Of a stretch of DNA of 64,000 nucleotides, positions 35,553 through 45,506 are shown in pieces. The notes beneath the pieces were generated by a model, which was given only the letters and a program-made list of their open reading frames with translations, did not search any database and was not told the origin of the DNA. The stretch covers positions 512,001 to 576,000 of the forward strand of contig CBDHDG010000004.1 in NCBI GenBank assembly GCA_965261595.1. The letters run 5' to 3'. Both the position numbers and the translations under genes were made by a program. How positions within the stretch are numbered: position 1 is the stretch's first letter; each line of letters begins with the position of its first letter. This DNA comes from a bacterium. GTDB taxonomy: Bacteria; UBA8248; JACPRG01; G963555815.

Positions 35553-36746
35553 ATGAGCACTCAAAAGACCTATTACACTCCGGATAACCTCAAATGGTAT
35601 GACCCGTTGCCGGCATCCCCCGCCGTCCGGGCGGGCGACCTCCTTTTTATTTCCGGGCAGGTGGCCTTGGACTCCGATTTCAAGCCTGTTTTCAATGGCG
35701 ACGTCTCCGCCCAGGCCCGGTATGCCTTCGACAACATCCGACAGATTTTGGAGATGGCGAACGGAACCCTCGACGACGTGGTCGAGTTGATGGTGTTCGT
35801 CAAAGACCCCCGGGACATGGACGCCATTTACGAAATCGCCCGGGAGCACTTCCAAAAAGACTACCCCGCCTGGACCCTGGTCGGAAGCCTCGGGTTCCAC
35901 AACAGCGAGTCCCTGGTCAGCATTCGGGCCATCGCCCATCTCGGGAAAGCCGAAAAGAAATGCTACACGCCCGATACGCTGAAGTGGTGGAAGAACCTCC
36001 CCGTCTCGGCCGGTTGCAAGAAAGGCGATCTGATGTTCATCTCCGGCCAGGTGGCCGCGGATGCGGACGGGATGATCGTGACCCCGGGGGATCACGCCGG
36101 CCAAGCCCGATTTGCCTTCAACCGCTTCAGGGAGATTGTCGAAATGGCCGGAGGCAAGATGGAGGACATCATCGATCTCATCTGCTTCTCCCGCGACCCG
36201 CGTGGAATGATTCCGGTCTGCGACACCTGGTGCAACGAATTCGTCAACGACTTGCCCTTCGATGAGATTGCGGCCTACACGGCCATCGGGACGACAGGCC
36301 TGTACGACCCCGGCATGATGAGCGCTAACCGGGCGATCGTCGATTTCAGCCCGGGCAAACGCATCGCCAAGACGCCCGCGAGCATTTGGTGGAAAATAAC
36401 GCCGATTTCAGGGGGATCGAAAAAAGAAGGGGGCCGGGTGATTGGGCTGGCCGGCCAGGTCGCCTCCGATGGAGACGGCTTCATCACAACACCGGGTGAT
36501 GTAAACGCGCAGGCCCGCTACGCCTTCAACCGCCTTCGGGAAGTATTGGCGGACTTCGGCGCGTCGATGGATAACATCATCGAGGTGATTTCCTTCCATA
36601 AAGACCCCCGCGATTGGGAAATCGTGATGGAAGTCGGACACGAGTTTTTCCAAAAAGATCAGGCCCCGGCCTGGACGCCCGTGGGCACGACCGGGCTCTT
36701 CAAAGAAGGATTTCTCCACGAGATTTATGCCTTGGCGATCATGTAA
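35553..36746 (+). CDS. triple-domain Rid (YjgF/RidA superfamily) protein, PAW-type
   Basis: three repeats of (F)ISGQV/AGQV...QAR(Y/F)AF...PAWT/AAYT. Confidence 0.85.
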   Translation: MSTQKTYYTPDNLKWYDPLPASPAVRAGDLLFISGQVALDSDFKPVFNGDVSAQARYAFDNIRQILEMANGTLDDVVELMVFVKDPRDMDAIYEIAREHFQKDYPAWTLVGSLGFHNSESLVSIRAIAHLGKAEKKCYTPDTLKWWKNLPVSAGCKKGDLMFISGQVAADADGMIVTPGDHAGQARFAFNRFREIVEMAGGKMEDIIDLICFSRDPRGMIPVCDTWCNEFVNDLPFDEIAAYTAIGTTGLYDPGMMSANRAIVDFSPGKRIAKTPASIWWKITPISGGSKKEGGRVIGLAGQVASDGDGFITTPGDVNAQARYAFNRLREVLADFGASMDNIIEVISFHKDPRDWEIVMEVGHEFFQKDQAPAWTPVGTTGLFKEGFLHEIYALAIM

Positions 36747-37022
36747 ACCTCCCTGCGGACCTCCGACCGGAACCTGGGAGGATCTTCGGCTCCAGCAGTC
36801 AAGGGCCGAACGAACCGAAGCCCCCTTGAATTCCAATAAGGGCTTAGCTATACTCAGAAGATATTCGAGAAATATTTTCGATCGCATTGGGCCGGGGTTG
36901 GATTTGCATCCAACGGCTAGAGGGCGCCGTCGAACTCGCGGGCCTTGGTTAAATCCAACCTCGACACGGGTGGATGGTTTGCGAATTCAGGCAAGACTCG
37001 CTCAAAGAGGGGAGGACCTCAC

Positions 37023-38870
37023 TTGATTATCCAACGGTTCAAGAATGAGGAAGAGAAAAAGCTCTTGATCTCCCACGTCGCCGCCGAGTGGGATATGGCG
37101 AACGGCTTCTACACCACGCCCCGCATGAGAGATAAGTTTTTCTATCCGCTGACGGACCCGAAATGCGTCCCCGCGGCGGAGGCCGATCACATGCTGGACA
37201 CTGACCATGTGGTGGGCGTCCACCACAAGGGGAAAGCCCGGGCCTATGTTCTCTACATCCTGGACTACTACCACCACCTGAACGACGTGATTGAAGGAGA
37301 CCCTCTCGTCTTCAGCACGTGAGAACGCTGCGGAACGGGTAACGCATTCAGCGGTCTGCTGAACAACCAACGGCTTCAATGGGGACACTGCGGCATTCTT
37401 TTGGCCCAGGCGGGGGCGCGAGACCTGGGAACCGACAGCTATTGGTGGCCTTTGGAGGGTCTTTGTTACACAGGCGAATTCAAGGACGAGATGCTGGACC
37501 CCATCCCGGTGGTCCACTGCACCTGGGGCGAGTGGAAGGAAATGCACCCGGACACGGACGTCCTGGCGGCGCCGGAGGATCCGAATCACCGCGATCCCCG
37601 AGGTGGACACGGCTCAGAGGAGTATTGGGAGCGGCCCGGCATGGACCAGCTCTTCATTCACTCCCTGTTCAAGGGAGATCTCGACCGCCAGCTTCCGGAA
37701 AACGCGATGATCATGGGCATCAACCTGGCGAGAGGTCACCGGGCATACCCTCTGACGGACATCAAGCTGGAGGGAGGTCTCGTCAATGATGTCCTGGGCG
37801 ATGTCCCTCTCCTCCTGCTTTCCGGGCCTTCCCCCGAGAGCTTCTATTCCGGGGCCTTTGACCGAAGGGTCGGAGACCGGGTCCTTGAGTTTGAGGTCCG
37901 GGACGCGAGAATCGTCGACAAACAAACCGGCAGCACGTGGACCTCGGAAGGGTGCGCCGCCGAAGGCGAGCTGAAGGGAACTGAGCTTCAGCCCATCCAC
38001 AACATGCTCACCCGGTGGCATTCATGGATCTACTCGCACCCTGAAACGGAGATTTTCAGAACGGAATTGCGGGAGGCCCCCAATGTCAAAACGGGAATCT
38101 TTGAAAAGATCATTGAGGGGCTCCGCGAGGCGCTGAACGATGTCCGGGTCGAAAGGGAACTCCTCAACCTTGAACGCCCACTCGAATCCGACCGGGGACT
38201 GGTTGTTCACATAGACGGCGACCGCTTCCTTCTTCACCACTTCACCAGTGAGACGGCCGCGCGGGACCACGCCTATTTCGCAAAGAAGGCCGTTCGCGCG
38301 GGGTTGTACGTCCTCCAGTCCGACCCCGAGCGGCAATTTGCGGACATCGCCCTGAACAACTCCCTGCTCCCGGACGAGGAGATCCAGTGGTCGAACCTTG
38401 TGGGAAACAAGGACTTCGAGAGCCGGTTTCAACGCTCGACGCCCGAAGAAGACGGGGGGGGAGACTACCCCGGTTTCAGCGACATCCTCGCCGGGCTCAA
38501 CGAGAACGGGATCGACTGTTTCCCCGGAGCGCCCGAGATGCACACGGACATCGTGAATTGGTCGCCCTGGGGGACCTACGTCGGCCTCCGGCCGGGGGAG
38601 GAGAACTGGTTCGTCGTGACCATCGATACGATGGACCCCTTCGAGATCCACCGTTTCAAAACGGTCGAGGCGGCCGATGAATTCGTAGCGTTCGTGAAAC
38701 ACGCCTTCCGGATCGGGCGGTATGCGTTTTACTCGACTCCCCTGGACCGGTTCACCCTCCCGAGGTTCCGGATGGTGGACAAGCCGGAGGAGCGGGTGGA
38801 CTGGTCGGCGTTTCTGGAGGACGACGAATTCAAGGCCGTCCTCCGCAAGATCATCCAAGATGAGCGTTGA
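37023..38870 (+). CDS. DUF3179-like probable selenoprotein (Sec at TGA 37320-37322) with tandem C-terminal domains
   Basis: GGAGG RBS then TTG; ARAY..L..H..ND, then FST-TGA-ERCGTG at the family CxxC position; frame stays open to 38870; TWGEWK..HPDT, RAYPL, D.QTGS.W..G.A..G.LKG, W...HPET. Confidence 0.8.
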
Positions 38871-39053
38871 GCGCGGAAGACGGTTTTGGCCGGACGCGAC
38901 GGAGGCGTCCGACCCGCCGGTCGGGCGGTCGGGCCGGGTTTCCGGCTCAGAGCCGCCCCGGTGCAAAGCCGAACGGCGATTCCGCCTCCTTGACCCTTGT
39001 TCCCGGAACATTGCGTTCAAGGCGGCGACCTGAAAGGGAGTGAGATCGGCGAA

Positions 39054-40046
39054 ATGAATACAAGCGGCGCCGGAAGCCCGGCGTTCGTGATCCGATCACT
39101 GGGGTCGATTCGCCCCCTGGCCCACCGTCTGTTCATGGGCGTCGGCGCGCTTCCCGTGGTGATCGTCGTCCTGGGTGTGATCTTCTGGTACTTTCAGCCC
39201 AGGTTTCTGTCCCAGACCAATCTGATCAACGTCGCCCGGCAAGGCTCCTTCCTGGCCATCGCGGCCTGTGCGCAGATGTTCCCCATCCTCTCCGGGGGCT
39301 TCGACCTTTCGGTGGGGGCGATCTTCGCGCTGGTCAGCGTCATCATGGCCCAGTTGACGCTGGAGGTGGGGATGGCCTGGGGGGCCGCGGTCGCCCTGTG
39401 CGCCGCCGGTCTCGTGGGCTTGTTCAACGGGCTGGTGATCTCCACCTTCCGGGTTTCCCCGTTTGTCGTCACCCTCGGAACCCTCTCGGCGGTCCGGGGG
39501 GTGGCGCTCATCTTGGCCAATGGACAGCCGATCTTCGGCATGCCAAAGCACTTCTCCTTCCTCGGGGCGGGCTACGTGGGGCCGATTCCCATCCCCGTTA
39601 TCGTGGGGGCGGCGGTGTTTTTGGTCGGCTATTTCCTGTTGAGGTGGACGCGGTTCGGGCGCTACATGTACGCCATCGGCGGCAACGAGGAAGCGGCCCG
39701 CATCTCCGGAATCCACATCAAGCGGTACACGACCCTGGCGTACGTCGCGTGCAGCCTTCTCAGCGGAATCGCCGGCGTGGTGCTGAGCTCGCGCGTCCGA
39801 TCGGGTCAGCCGACGCTGGGGGACGGCATGGAGCTGGAATCCATCGCGGCGGTCGTCATCGGGGGCGTGGCCCTCGGCGGAGGGTCGGGCACGCTCCCGG
39901 GCGTCCTGTACGGAGCGATCATCCTCAGCGTCATCCAGAACGGCCTCAATCTCATGAACGTTTCCACCTTCACGCAGTATGTCGTGATCGGGATGATCAT
40001 CACCGTTGCGGTCATCTTCGACCGTCTCCGCCACTCGCAGCACTGA
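39054..40046 (+). CDS. ABC transporter permease (RbsC-like)
   Basis: GGFDLSVG, FVVTLG, YAIGGNEEAA..SGI, ELESIAAVVIGG. Confidence 0.93.
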   Translation: MNTSGAGSPAFVIRSLGSIRPLAHRLFMGVGALPVVIVVLGVIFWYFQPRFLSQTNLINVARQGSFLAIAACAQMFPILSGGFDLSVGAIFALVSVIMAQLTLEVGMAWGAAVALCAAGLVGLFNGLVISTFRVSPFVVTLGTLSAVRGVALILANGQPIFGMPKHFSFLGAGYVGPIPIPVIVGAAVFLVGYFLLRWTRFGRYMYAIGGNEEAARISGIHIKRYTTLAYVACSLLSGIAGVVLSSRVRSGQPTLGDGMELESIAAVVIGGVALGGGSGTLPGVLYGAIILSVIQNGLNLMNVSTFTQYVVIGMIITVAVIFDRLRHSQH

Positions 40047-40132
40047 TGAGAGAAAGGGGCAAGGTCCGGCAGAGAGGAGAACCCGACGCAGGTTCTTGTT
40101 GAAACTCACAACCGCAAGAGGAGGGCGTACGA

Positions 40133-41188
40133 ATGCCGAAGTTGAAAAAACGCAGCGCCAGATGTTGGATCGGTCTCGCTTTGGCCTTGGGGTTCATCTT
40201 GAGCCTGACGGCGACAGCCCGGAACGTCGGGGCCGCAGGGGATGAGTGGCGGCCGAAAGACGGCTCGGAATGGGTCCGGCCGAAGGCCAAGAAGAAATAC
40301 ACAATCGGCGCGCTGATCCCGAGCCTTCAATCCCAGTACTGGGTCAACGTCGCCTATGGCCTCTTTGACGAGGCCAAGCAACTCGGTGTGACGCTGAAGT
40401 TCGCCGCCACGGCCAGCTACTCGCAGTACGCCAAACAGGTCAACTACATGGAGGACATGATCGCCTCGGGCGTGGACGCCATCGTTCTCGCGGCCGCCAG
40501 CAGCGACGCCATGGTGGGACCGGTGGATCAGGCGATCGCCAAGGGCATCAAGGTGATCCTCGTCGTTCAGAACATCCGCAGCGACAACTGGACGGCGCGC
40601 GTCGTGAGCGACCACTTCGCGCTGGGCTACCGGACCGGTGAAGTCCTGGCCAAGCTCATGAAGGGCCATGGGGAAATCATCGCGCTCAACGGCCCCCCCG
40701 GCCAGGACTGGTCCACCGCCCGCCGCAAGGGCCTGGCGGCCGTCCTGAAAAAGAACCCGTGCATCACGCTGAAGGGCGAGCGCTGGATGGGGGTCGCCCG
40801 GGATGAGGGCCTGCGGCACACCGAAGACTTCCTCCAGACCTTTCCCAAGATCACCGGCATCTGGGCTGCCGTTGACATCGCGCTGATGGGGGCGGTGGAC
40901 GCCGTTCAGGCCTCCGGCATCAAGCGGAAGATCTTCATGTCTTCGGCCTCGGGGACGCAAGGCGCGCTGGAGATGCTGAAGAAGGGAGAGATCGACTTCG
41001 ACCTGGGCGAAGGCCCCATCTGGCTGGGGCGTTGGTCCCTCGGCACGGCGGTCAAGATCCTGAACGGAGAAAAGCCGCCCCGGACGACGTACGTCCCCTT
41101 CCCGGAATTCACGCGGGACAACACCAGCAAGTGGCCCGAGATGACGAAATCCGAGTGGGCTCCGAAAGGTTGGAAGATTCCCCGGTAG
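40133..41188 (+). CDS. ABC transporter substrate-binding protein (RbsB/TorT-like)
   Basis: signal peptide, periplasmic binding protein type I features (YW..V..G, GVDAIVL, R..G). Confidence 0.88.
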   Translation: MPKLKKRSARCWIGLALALGFILSLTATARNVGAAGDEWRPKDGSEWVRPKAKKKYTIGALIPSLQSQYWVNVAYGLFDEAKQLGVTLKFAATASYSQYAKQVNYMEDMIASGVDAIVLAAASSDAMVGPVDQAIAKGIKVILVVQNIRSDNWTARVVSDHFALGYRTGEVLAKLMKGHGEIIALNGPPGQDWSTARRKGLAAVLKKNPCITLKGERWMGVARDEGLRHTEDFLQTFPKITGIWAAVDIALMGAVDAVQASGIKRKIFMSSASGTQGALEMLKKGEIDFDLGEGPIWLGRWSLGTAVKILNGEKPPRTTYVPFPEFTRDNTSKWPEMTKSEWAPKGWKIPR

Positions 41189-41436
41189 GGAACCGATACG
41201 GTGCGGAATTCAGCAAAGGATTTCAGTTTCGCCCGTTGAGCGGATGAGTGCTTCGGCCGGGGGGCCATTGGCCCCCCGGCCCTTGTTTCAGATCCAATCT
41301 CCCCTTGAACCATTGGTGTTGTACAGGTATTTCTGAATGCCCCCCGAACTTTTCCCGGTTTGGGACCGATTCATAAAGATTGGACCTCGGACCGGGGGTC
41401 TCTTTTACCGGGTTCAGCGGTGAAACGAGAATCGAA

Positions 41437-42966
41437 ATGGAAAAAGAAACCCGTCCCTTACTGCATCTAAGCGGGATCGTAAAACGGTTCCCCGGAGTCC
41501 TCGCGCTGAGCGGCGTGGATTTCGATTTGGAACCGGGCGAGGTGCACGTGCTGCTGGGGGAGAACGGCGCCGGAAAGAGCACCCTGATTAAGATCATCTC
41601 CGGCGTGTACACCCCCGATGAAGGCGAGGTTCGCTTCAACGGGGAACCCGTGAAAATCGATAACCCACACGACGCCATGGCCCGCGGCATCGCGACCATC
41701 CATCAGGAATTCAGCTTGGTCCCGGACATGACGGTCGCAGAGAATATCTCCCTGGGCAAAGAGCCGACCCGGGGAAACGTCTTCATCAAGTCCAAGGAAA
41801 TGGTGAAGACGGCCGGCGAGATCCTGCGGAAGCTGGGACTCGAGCTGCACCCCCAGCGAAAGGTCCGCGCCCTTCGCATCGGCGAGCAGCAGATGGTCGA
41901 AATCGCCAAGGCCCTTTCCATCGAGTCGAGGGTCTTGATCCTGGATGAGCCCACCGCCGCCCTCACCGACAAAGAGATCGAGCACCTGTTCGAGATCATT
42001 CAGGGGCTGAAGCGTCAAGGCGTCGGGATCATCTACATCTCCCACCGGCTGGAAGAGATCCGGGAGATCGGCGATCGGGTGACAGTCCTTCGGGACGGTC
42101 GGCGCGTCGGAACCCGGAAGCTCGCGGACACCAATGTGGACGAGCTCATCTCCATGATCGTGGGAGAGGAAATCAAGGAAAAATTCCCAAAGAAGCCGGC
42201 GCCGGTGGGCCGGGAGTTGATGCGGGTCGAGGGCCTCACGGCGGACGGCGATTTCTCAGGCATCTCCTTTTCGGTGTTCGAGGGAGAGGTGCTGGGGTTC
42301 GCAGGACTGCTGGGCGCCGGCCACAAGGAGTTGGTTCGCGCGATCATCGGGCTTTCCCCTTATCGGAGCGGTCGAATCCTCATCTCGGGCAAGCCGGTGA
42401 AGATCACCCAACCGGCCGACGCGATCCGCCGCGGCATGACCTACCTCCCCGCCGACCGAAAGATGGAGGGATTGGTCCTCCCCCTGTCCGTGAAGGACAA
42501 CATCTCGCTGGCCGGCCTCAAGCAATTCGTCCGGGGCGGCCTGCTTAATCTCAAACGGGAGCACCAGACCGCAGGCGACTACTTCGACCGGCTCGGAATC
42601 AAGGCCCCCGGCATCCAGACCCTGGTTCGTTTCCTCTCCGGAGGGAACCAACAAAAGGTCGTCCTGGCCCGGTCCCTGTGCAGTCAAAGCCGAATCTTCC
42701 TGTTCGATGAGCCGACACGGGGCATCGATGTCGGGGCCAAAGTCGAGATTTATCACCTCATCAACGAGCTCGCCAAACAGGGGTCCGCGGTGATCCTCGT
42801 CTCCTCCGAGCTTCCCGAGATTCTCGGCATGTGCGACCGGATCCTGGTGATCCGCGAAGGAAAGCTCATCCGCGAATTCCCGCGCGCCGAAGCCACCCAG
42901 GAGCGAATCCTGCAAACCTTCTTCAGCAAAAATCCTCAGACCGCGGGAACCGCGCGGGAAGCCTGA
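41437..42966 (+). CDS. ABC transporter ATP-binding protein (RbsA-like, two ATPase domains)
   Basis: GENGAGKST, LDEPT, LSGGNQQKV, DEPTRGIDVGAK. Confidence 0.95.
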   Translation: MEKETRPLLHLSGIVKRFPGVLALSGVDFDLEPGEVHVLLGENGAGKSTLIKIISGVYTPDEGEVRFNGEPVKIDNPHDAMARGIATIHQEFSLVPDMTVAENISLGKEPTRGNVFIKSKEMVKTAGEILRKLGLELHPQRKVRALRIGEQQMVEIAKALSIESRVLILDEPTAALTDKEIEHLFEIIQGLKRQGVGIIYISHRLEEIREIGDRVTVLRDGRRVGTRKLADTNVDELISMIVGEEIKEKFPKKPAPVGRELMRVEGLTADGDFSGISFSVFEGEVLGFAGLLGAGHKELVRAIIGLSPYRSGRILISGKPVKITQPADAIRRGMTYLPADRKMEGLVLPLSVKDNISLAGLKQFVRGGLLNLKREHQTAGDYFDRLGIKAPGIQTLVRFLSGGNQQKVVLARSLCSQSRIFLFDEPTRGIDVGAKVEIYHLINELAKQGSAVILVSSELPEILGMCDRILVIREGKLIREFPRAEATQERILQTFFSKNPQTAGTAREA

Positions 42967-43140
42967 GAATCTCCTCAGCGCCGCTGGATACGACCATCGC
43001 CGTCGGCCGGATGCTTCCGGGGGAGTGTTCGAGCGGCATCCGAAGCCGAGGGAGCGCCCGGTTCACGCGGAGCGCCCCCATATCCGGGGCCGGCTGGACC
43101 ACGGGGAGCGCGAGCGGCCGGGCTTTCGAAGCTGTGACCG

Positions 43141-45465
43141 TCAGTGTGAGGCCCGGTCCGCCCCGCCCTCCAGCGCCCCCAGGACCCGTTCCGGCGTCAA
43201 GGGGATCGTCTTGATCTGCACGCCGAGGGCGTCATAAACGGCGTTGGCGATGGCGGCGGCCGTGGGCGCCAGACCGGGCTCGCCCACCCCCTTGGCCCCG
43301 TAGGGCCCCTCGGGGTGAGCCTCCTCCACGAGGATCGGGACCAGGGGCGGCAGGTCCAGCGTGCAGGGGATCTTGTAGTCTATCAGGTTCGGGTTCAACA
43401 CCCTCCCATCCTCCAAGGACATCTCCTCGAACAGCGCCGTTCCGATCCCCTGCCCCAGGGCCCCTTCAACCTGCCCGGTGCACCCGTTGGGGTTGATGGC
43501 CCGGCCCACGTCATGGGCCGCGCTGAGTTTGAGGATTTGGACCTCACCCGTCTCCTCATCCACCTCGACCTCCGCTGCCTGGGCGGCGAACATCCAGAAG
43601 ACCGCCGGCTTGTCTCCCTGCCCCGTTTCGGGATCGAGAAGCGTGCCGTCCACCGGCGTGTAATGACCGCGGCCGAGGACGGGTCCCCCAACGACGCGCC
43701 CGTCCGGACCGTAAACCCCCATGGACACATCGGCGAAAGAGACCGAGCGCTCGGGCGCCCCCCGGGGGTGGATCCTCCCGTCCCGTGCTTCCAGGTCCTC
43801 CGGCGCGGCCTCCAGCAGGACCGCCGCGGCGCGGAAGAGCTGCTGCTTGGCGTCTCCGGCGGCCAGGCGCACCGCGTTGCCGTCGAAGAAGGTCGTCTTG
43901 CTGGCGGAGGTCTCCCACCCGTACGGGGTCATAGCGGTATCGGGTTGTCCCATCGAGATCCTCCGGGGGTCGAGGCCCAGGACTTCCGCCGCGATCTGCC
44001 GCAGGATGGTGTGAGCGCCCTGGCCGTGCTCCACCGCGCTGGAGAGAAGGACCGCGCTTCCGTCTTCATTGATCTTGATGGCCGATTGGACGTGCGCTCC
44101 GGTGACGGTGAACTTCGACATGCAGGCCAGCCCCCGTCCGCGTCGTTTCCCCGCCCGCTCCACCGTCTCGTCCGGACCGCCGAGCCCGTCCGCGGCCCGG
44201 CGGATGCATTCCTTGAGCCCGACGCTCACGAGGGTCTGCCCGGTCGGCGTGAGGTCACCGGTCTCCACCCCGTTCCGCAGTCTGAGCTCGACGGGGTCCA
44301 TCCCAAGCTCCCGGGCGATGCGATCGACCTGACCCTCGTACCCGAAACAGGTCTCCGGGACGCCGAATCCCCGGTAGGCCCCCGCCACCGGCTTGTTGGT
44401 GTAAACGCAGTAGGAATCGATCCGGACGTTGGGAATCCGGTAGGGGCCGGACGCCGAGTAGCCCGCGTTTCGGGAGATGAGGACCTCATAGTCGCCGTAG
44501 GCCCCCGCTTCCCAGAGAAGACGAACCTCACGGGCCAGAAAATCCCCGTTGGACCCGACGCCCGTCTTGTACGTGATCCGGGCGGGCTGGCGCACGAAGG
44601 TGCAGGTGAACTCCTCCTCTCTGGACATCTCCAGACGCACGGGGCGGTGGTTGCATCTCAGGGAGAGGGCCCCGGCGAGGATCTCGATGACGCCGCTGAT
44701 CTTGCCGCCGAACGCGCCGCCGACGTACGAGCACACGATGCGGACATCGCTCTGGGGAAGCTTCAGCCCCTTGGCCACTTGTTCCCGGGTCAGGTAGGGG
44801 CCCTGGGTGTTGCTCCACAGGGTGAGCTTTCCCTGCGGGGAGAACTGCGCGACACAGGCGTGGGGCTCCAGGGGGCAGTGCTGGACCATGGGGATCTCGA
44901 AGGTATCCTCGAAGATGCGGTCCGATCGCCGGAATCCCCCCTCCACGTCCCCCCGGCGGAGCTTGAAATGGTTGCAGATATTGGTTCCCGGGACCGGAGC
45001 GAAGAGCTTCCGGTTGCACGCGTATTGGCCGAGGTCGGGATGCAGGAGGGGTGCGTCGGGGGCTGCGGCCTCGACGGGATCGAACAGCGGCGGAAGTTCT
45101 TCGTACTCGACCTGGATCAGATCCAGGGCTTCTAGGGCGGCGTCTTCGTCGACGGCGGCCACGCCGGCCACCGCCTCGCCCACGTAACGAACGCGGTCCA
45201 CGGCGTAAATGGGCTGATCGGCCAGCATCATCCCCCAATTCGAATCGGGGTGGTCCGCTCCCGTAACGACCGCCCGGACTCCCGGCAGACGCTTCGCCCG
45301 CTCCGTATCGACGCGCAGAACCCGGGCATGGGGCAAGGGGCTTCTCAGGATCTTCGCGTGGAGCATCCCGGGCCGGACCACGTCCGTCCCGTACACCGCC
45401 ACCCCGCTCGCCTTGTCGTAACCGTCCCCCCGCTCGTAGGAGGCCCCGATCCAGGTTGATTTCAT
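43141..45465 (-). CDS. xanthine dehydrogenase family molybdopterin-binding subunit
   Basis: RSPLPHA, GGAFGGK, AYRGFG, GQG, DVGRAINP, GAKGVGE. Confidence 0.92.
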   Translation of the reverse strand: MKSTWIGASYERGDGYDKASGVAVYGTDVVRPGMLHAKILRSPLPHARVLRVDTERAKRLPGVRAVVTGADHPDSNWGMMLADQPIYAVDRVRYVGEAVAGVAAVDEDAALEALDLIQVEYEELPPLFDPVEAAAPDAPLLHPDLGQYACNRKLFAPVPGTNICNHFKLRRGDVEGGFRRSDRIFEDTFEIPMVQHCPLEPHACVAQFSPQGKLTLWSNTQGPYLTREQVAKGLKLPQSDVRIVCSYVGGAFGGKISGVIEILAGALSLRCNHRPVRLEMSREEEFTCTFVRQPARITYKTGVGSNGDFLAREVRLLWEAGAYGDYEVLISRNAGYSASGPYRIPNVRIDSYCVYTNKPVAGAYRGFGVPETCFGYEGQVDRIARELGMDPVELRLRNGVETGDLTPTGQTLVSVGLKECIRRAADGLGGPDETVERAGKRRGRGLACMSKFTVTGAHVQSAIKINEDGSAVLLSSAVEHGQGAHTILRQIAAEVLGLDPRRISMGQPDTAMTPYGWETSASKTTFFDGNAVRLAAGDAKQQLFRAAAVLLEAAPEDLEARDGRIHPRGAPERSVSFADVSMGVYGPDGRVVGGPVLGRGHYTPVDGTLLDPETGQGDKPAVFWMFAAQAAEVEVDEETGEVQILKLSAAHDVGRAINPNGCTGQVEGALGQGIGTALFEEMSLEDGRVLNPNLIDYKIPCTLDLPPLVPILVEEAHPEGPYGAKGVGEPGLAPTAAAIANAVYDALGVQIKTIPLTPERVLGALEGGADRASH

Positions 45466-45506
45466 CGTCTCTCCCCCTCCCCCTCCCCTGTCGGCCGCGT
45501 GCGCTG

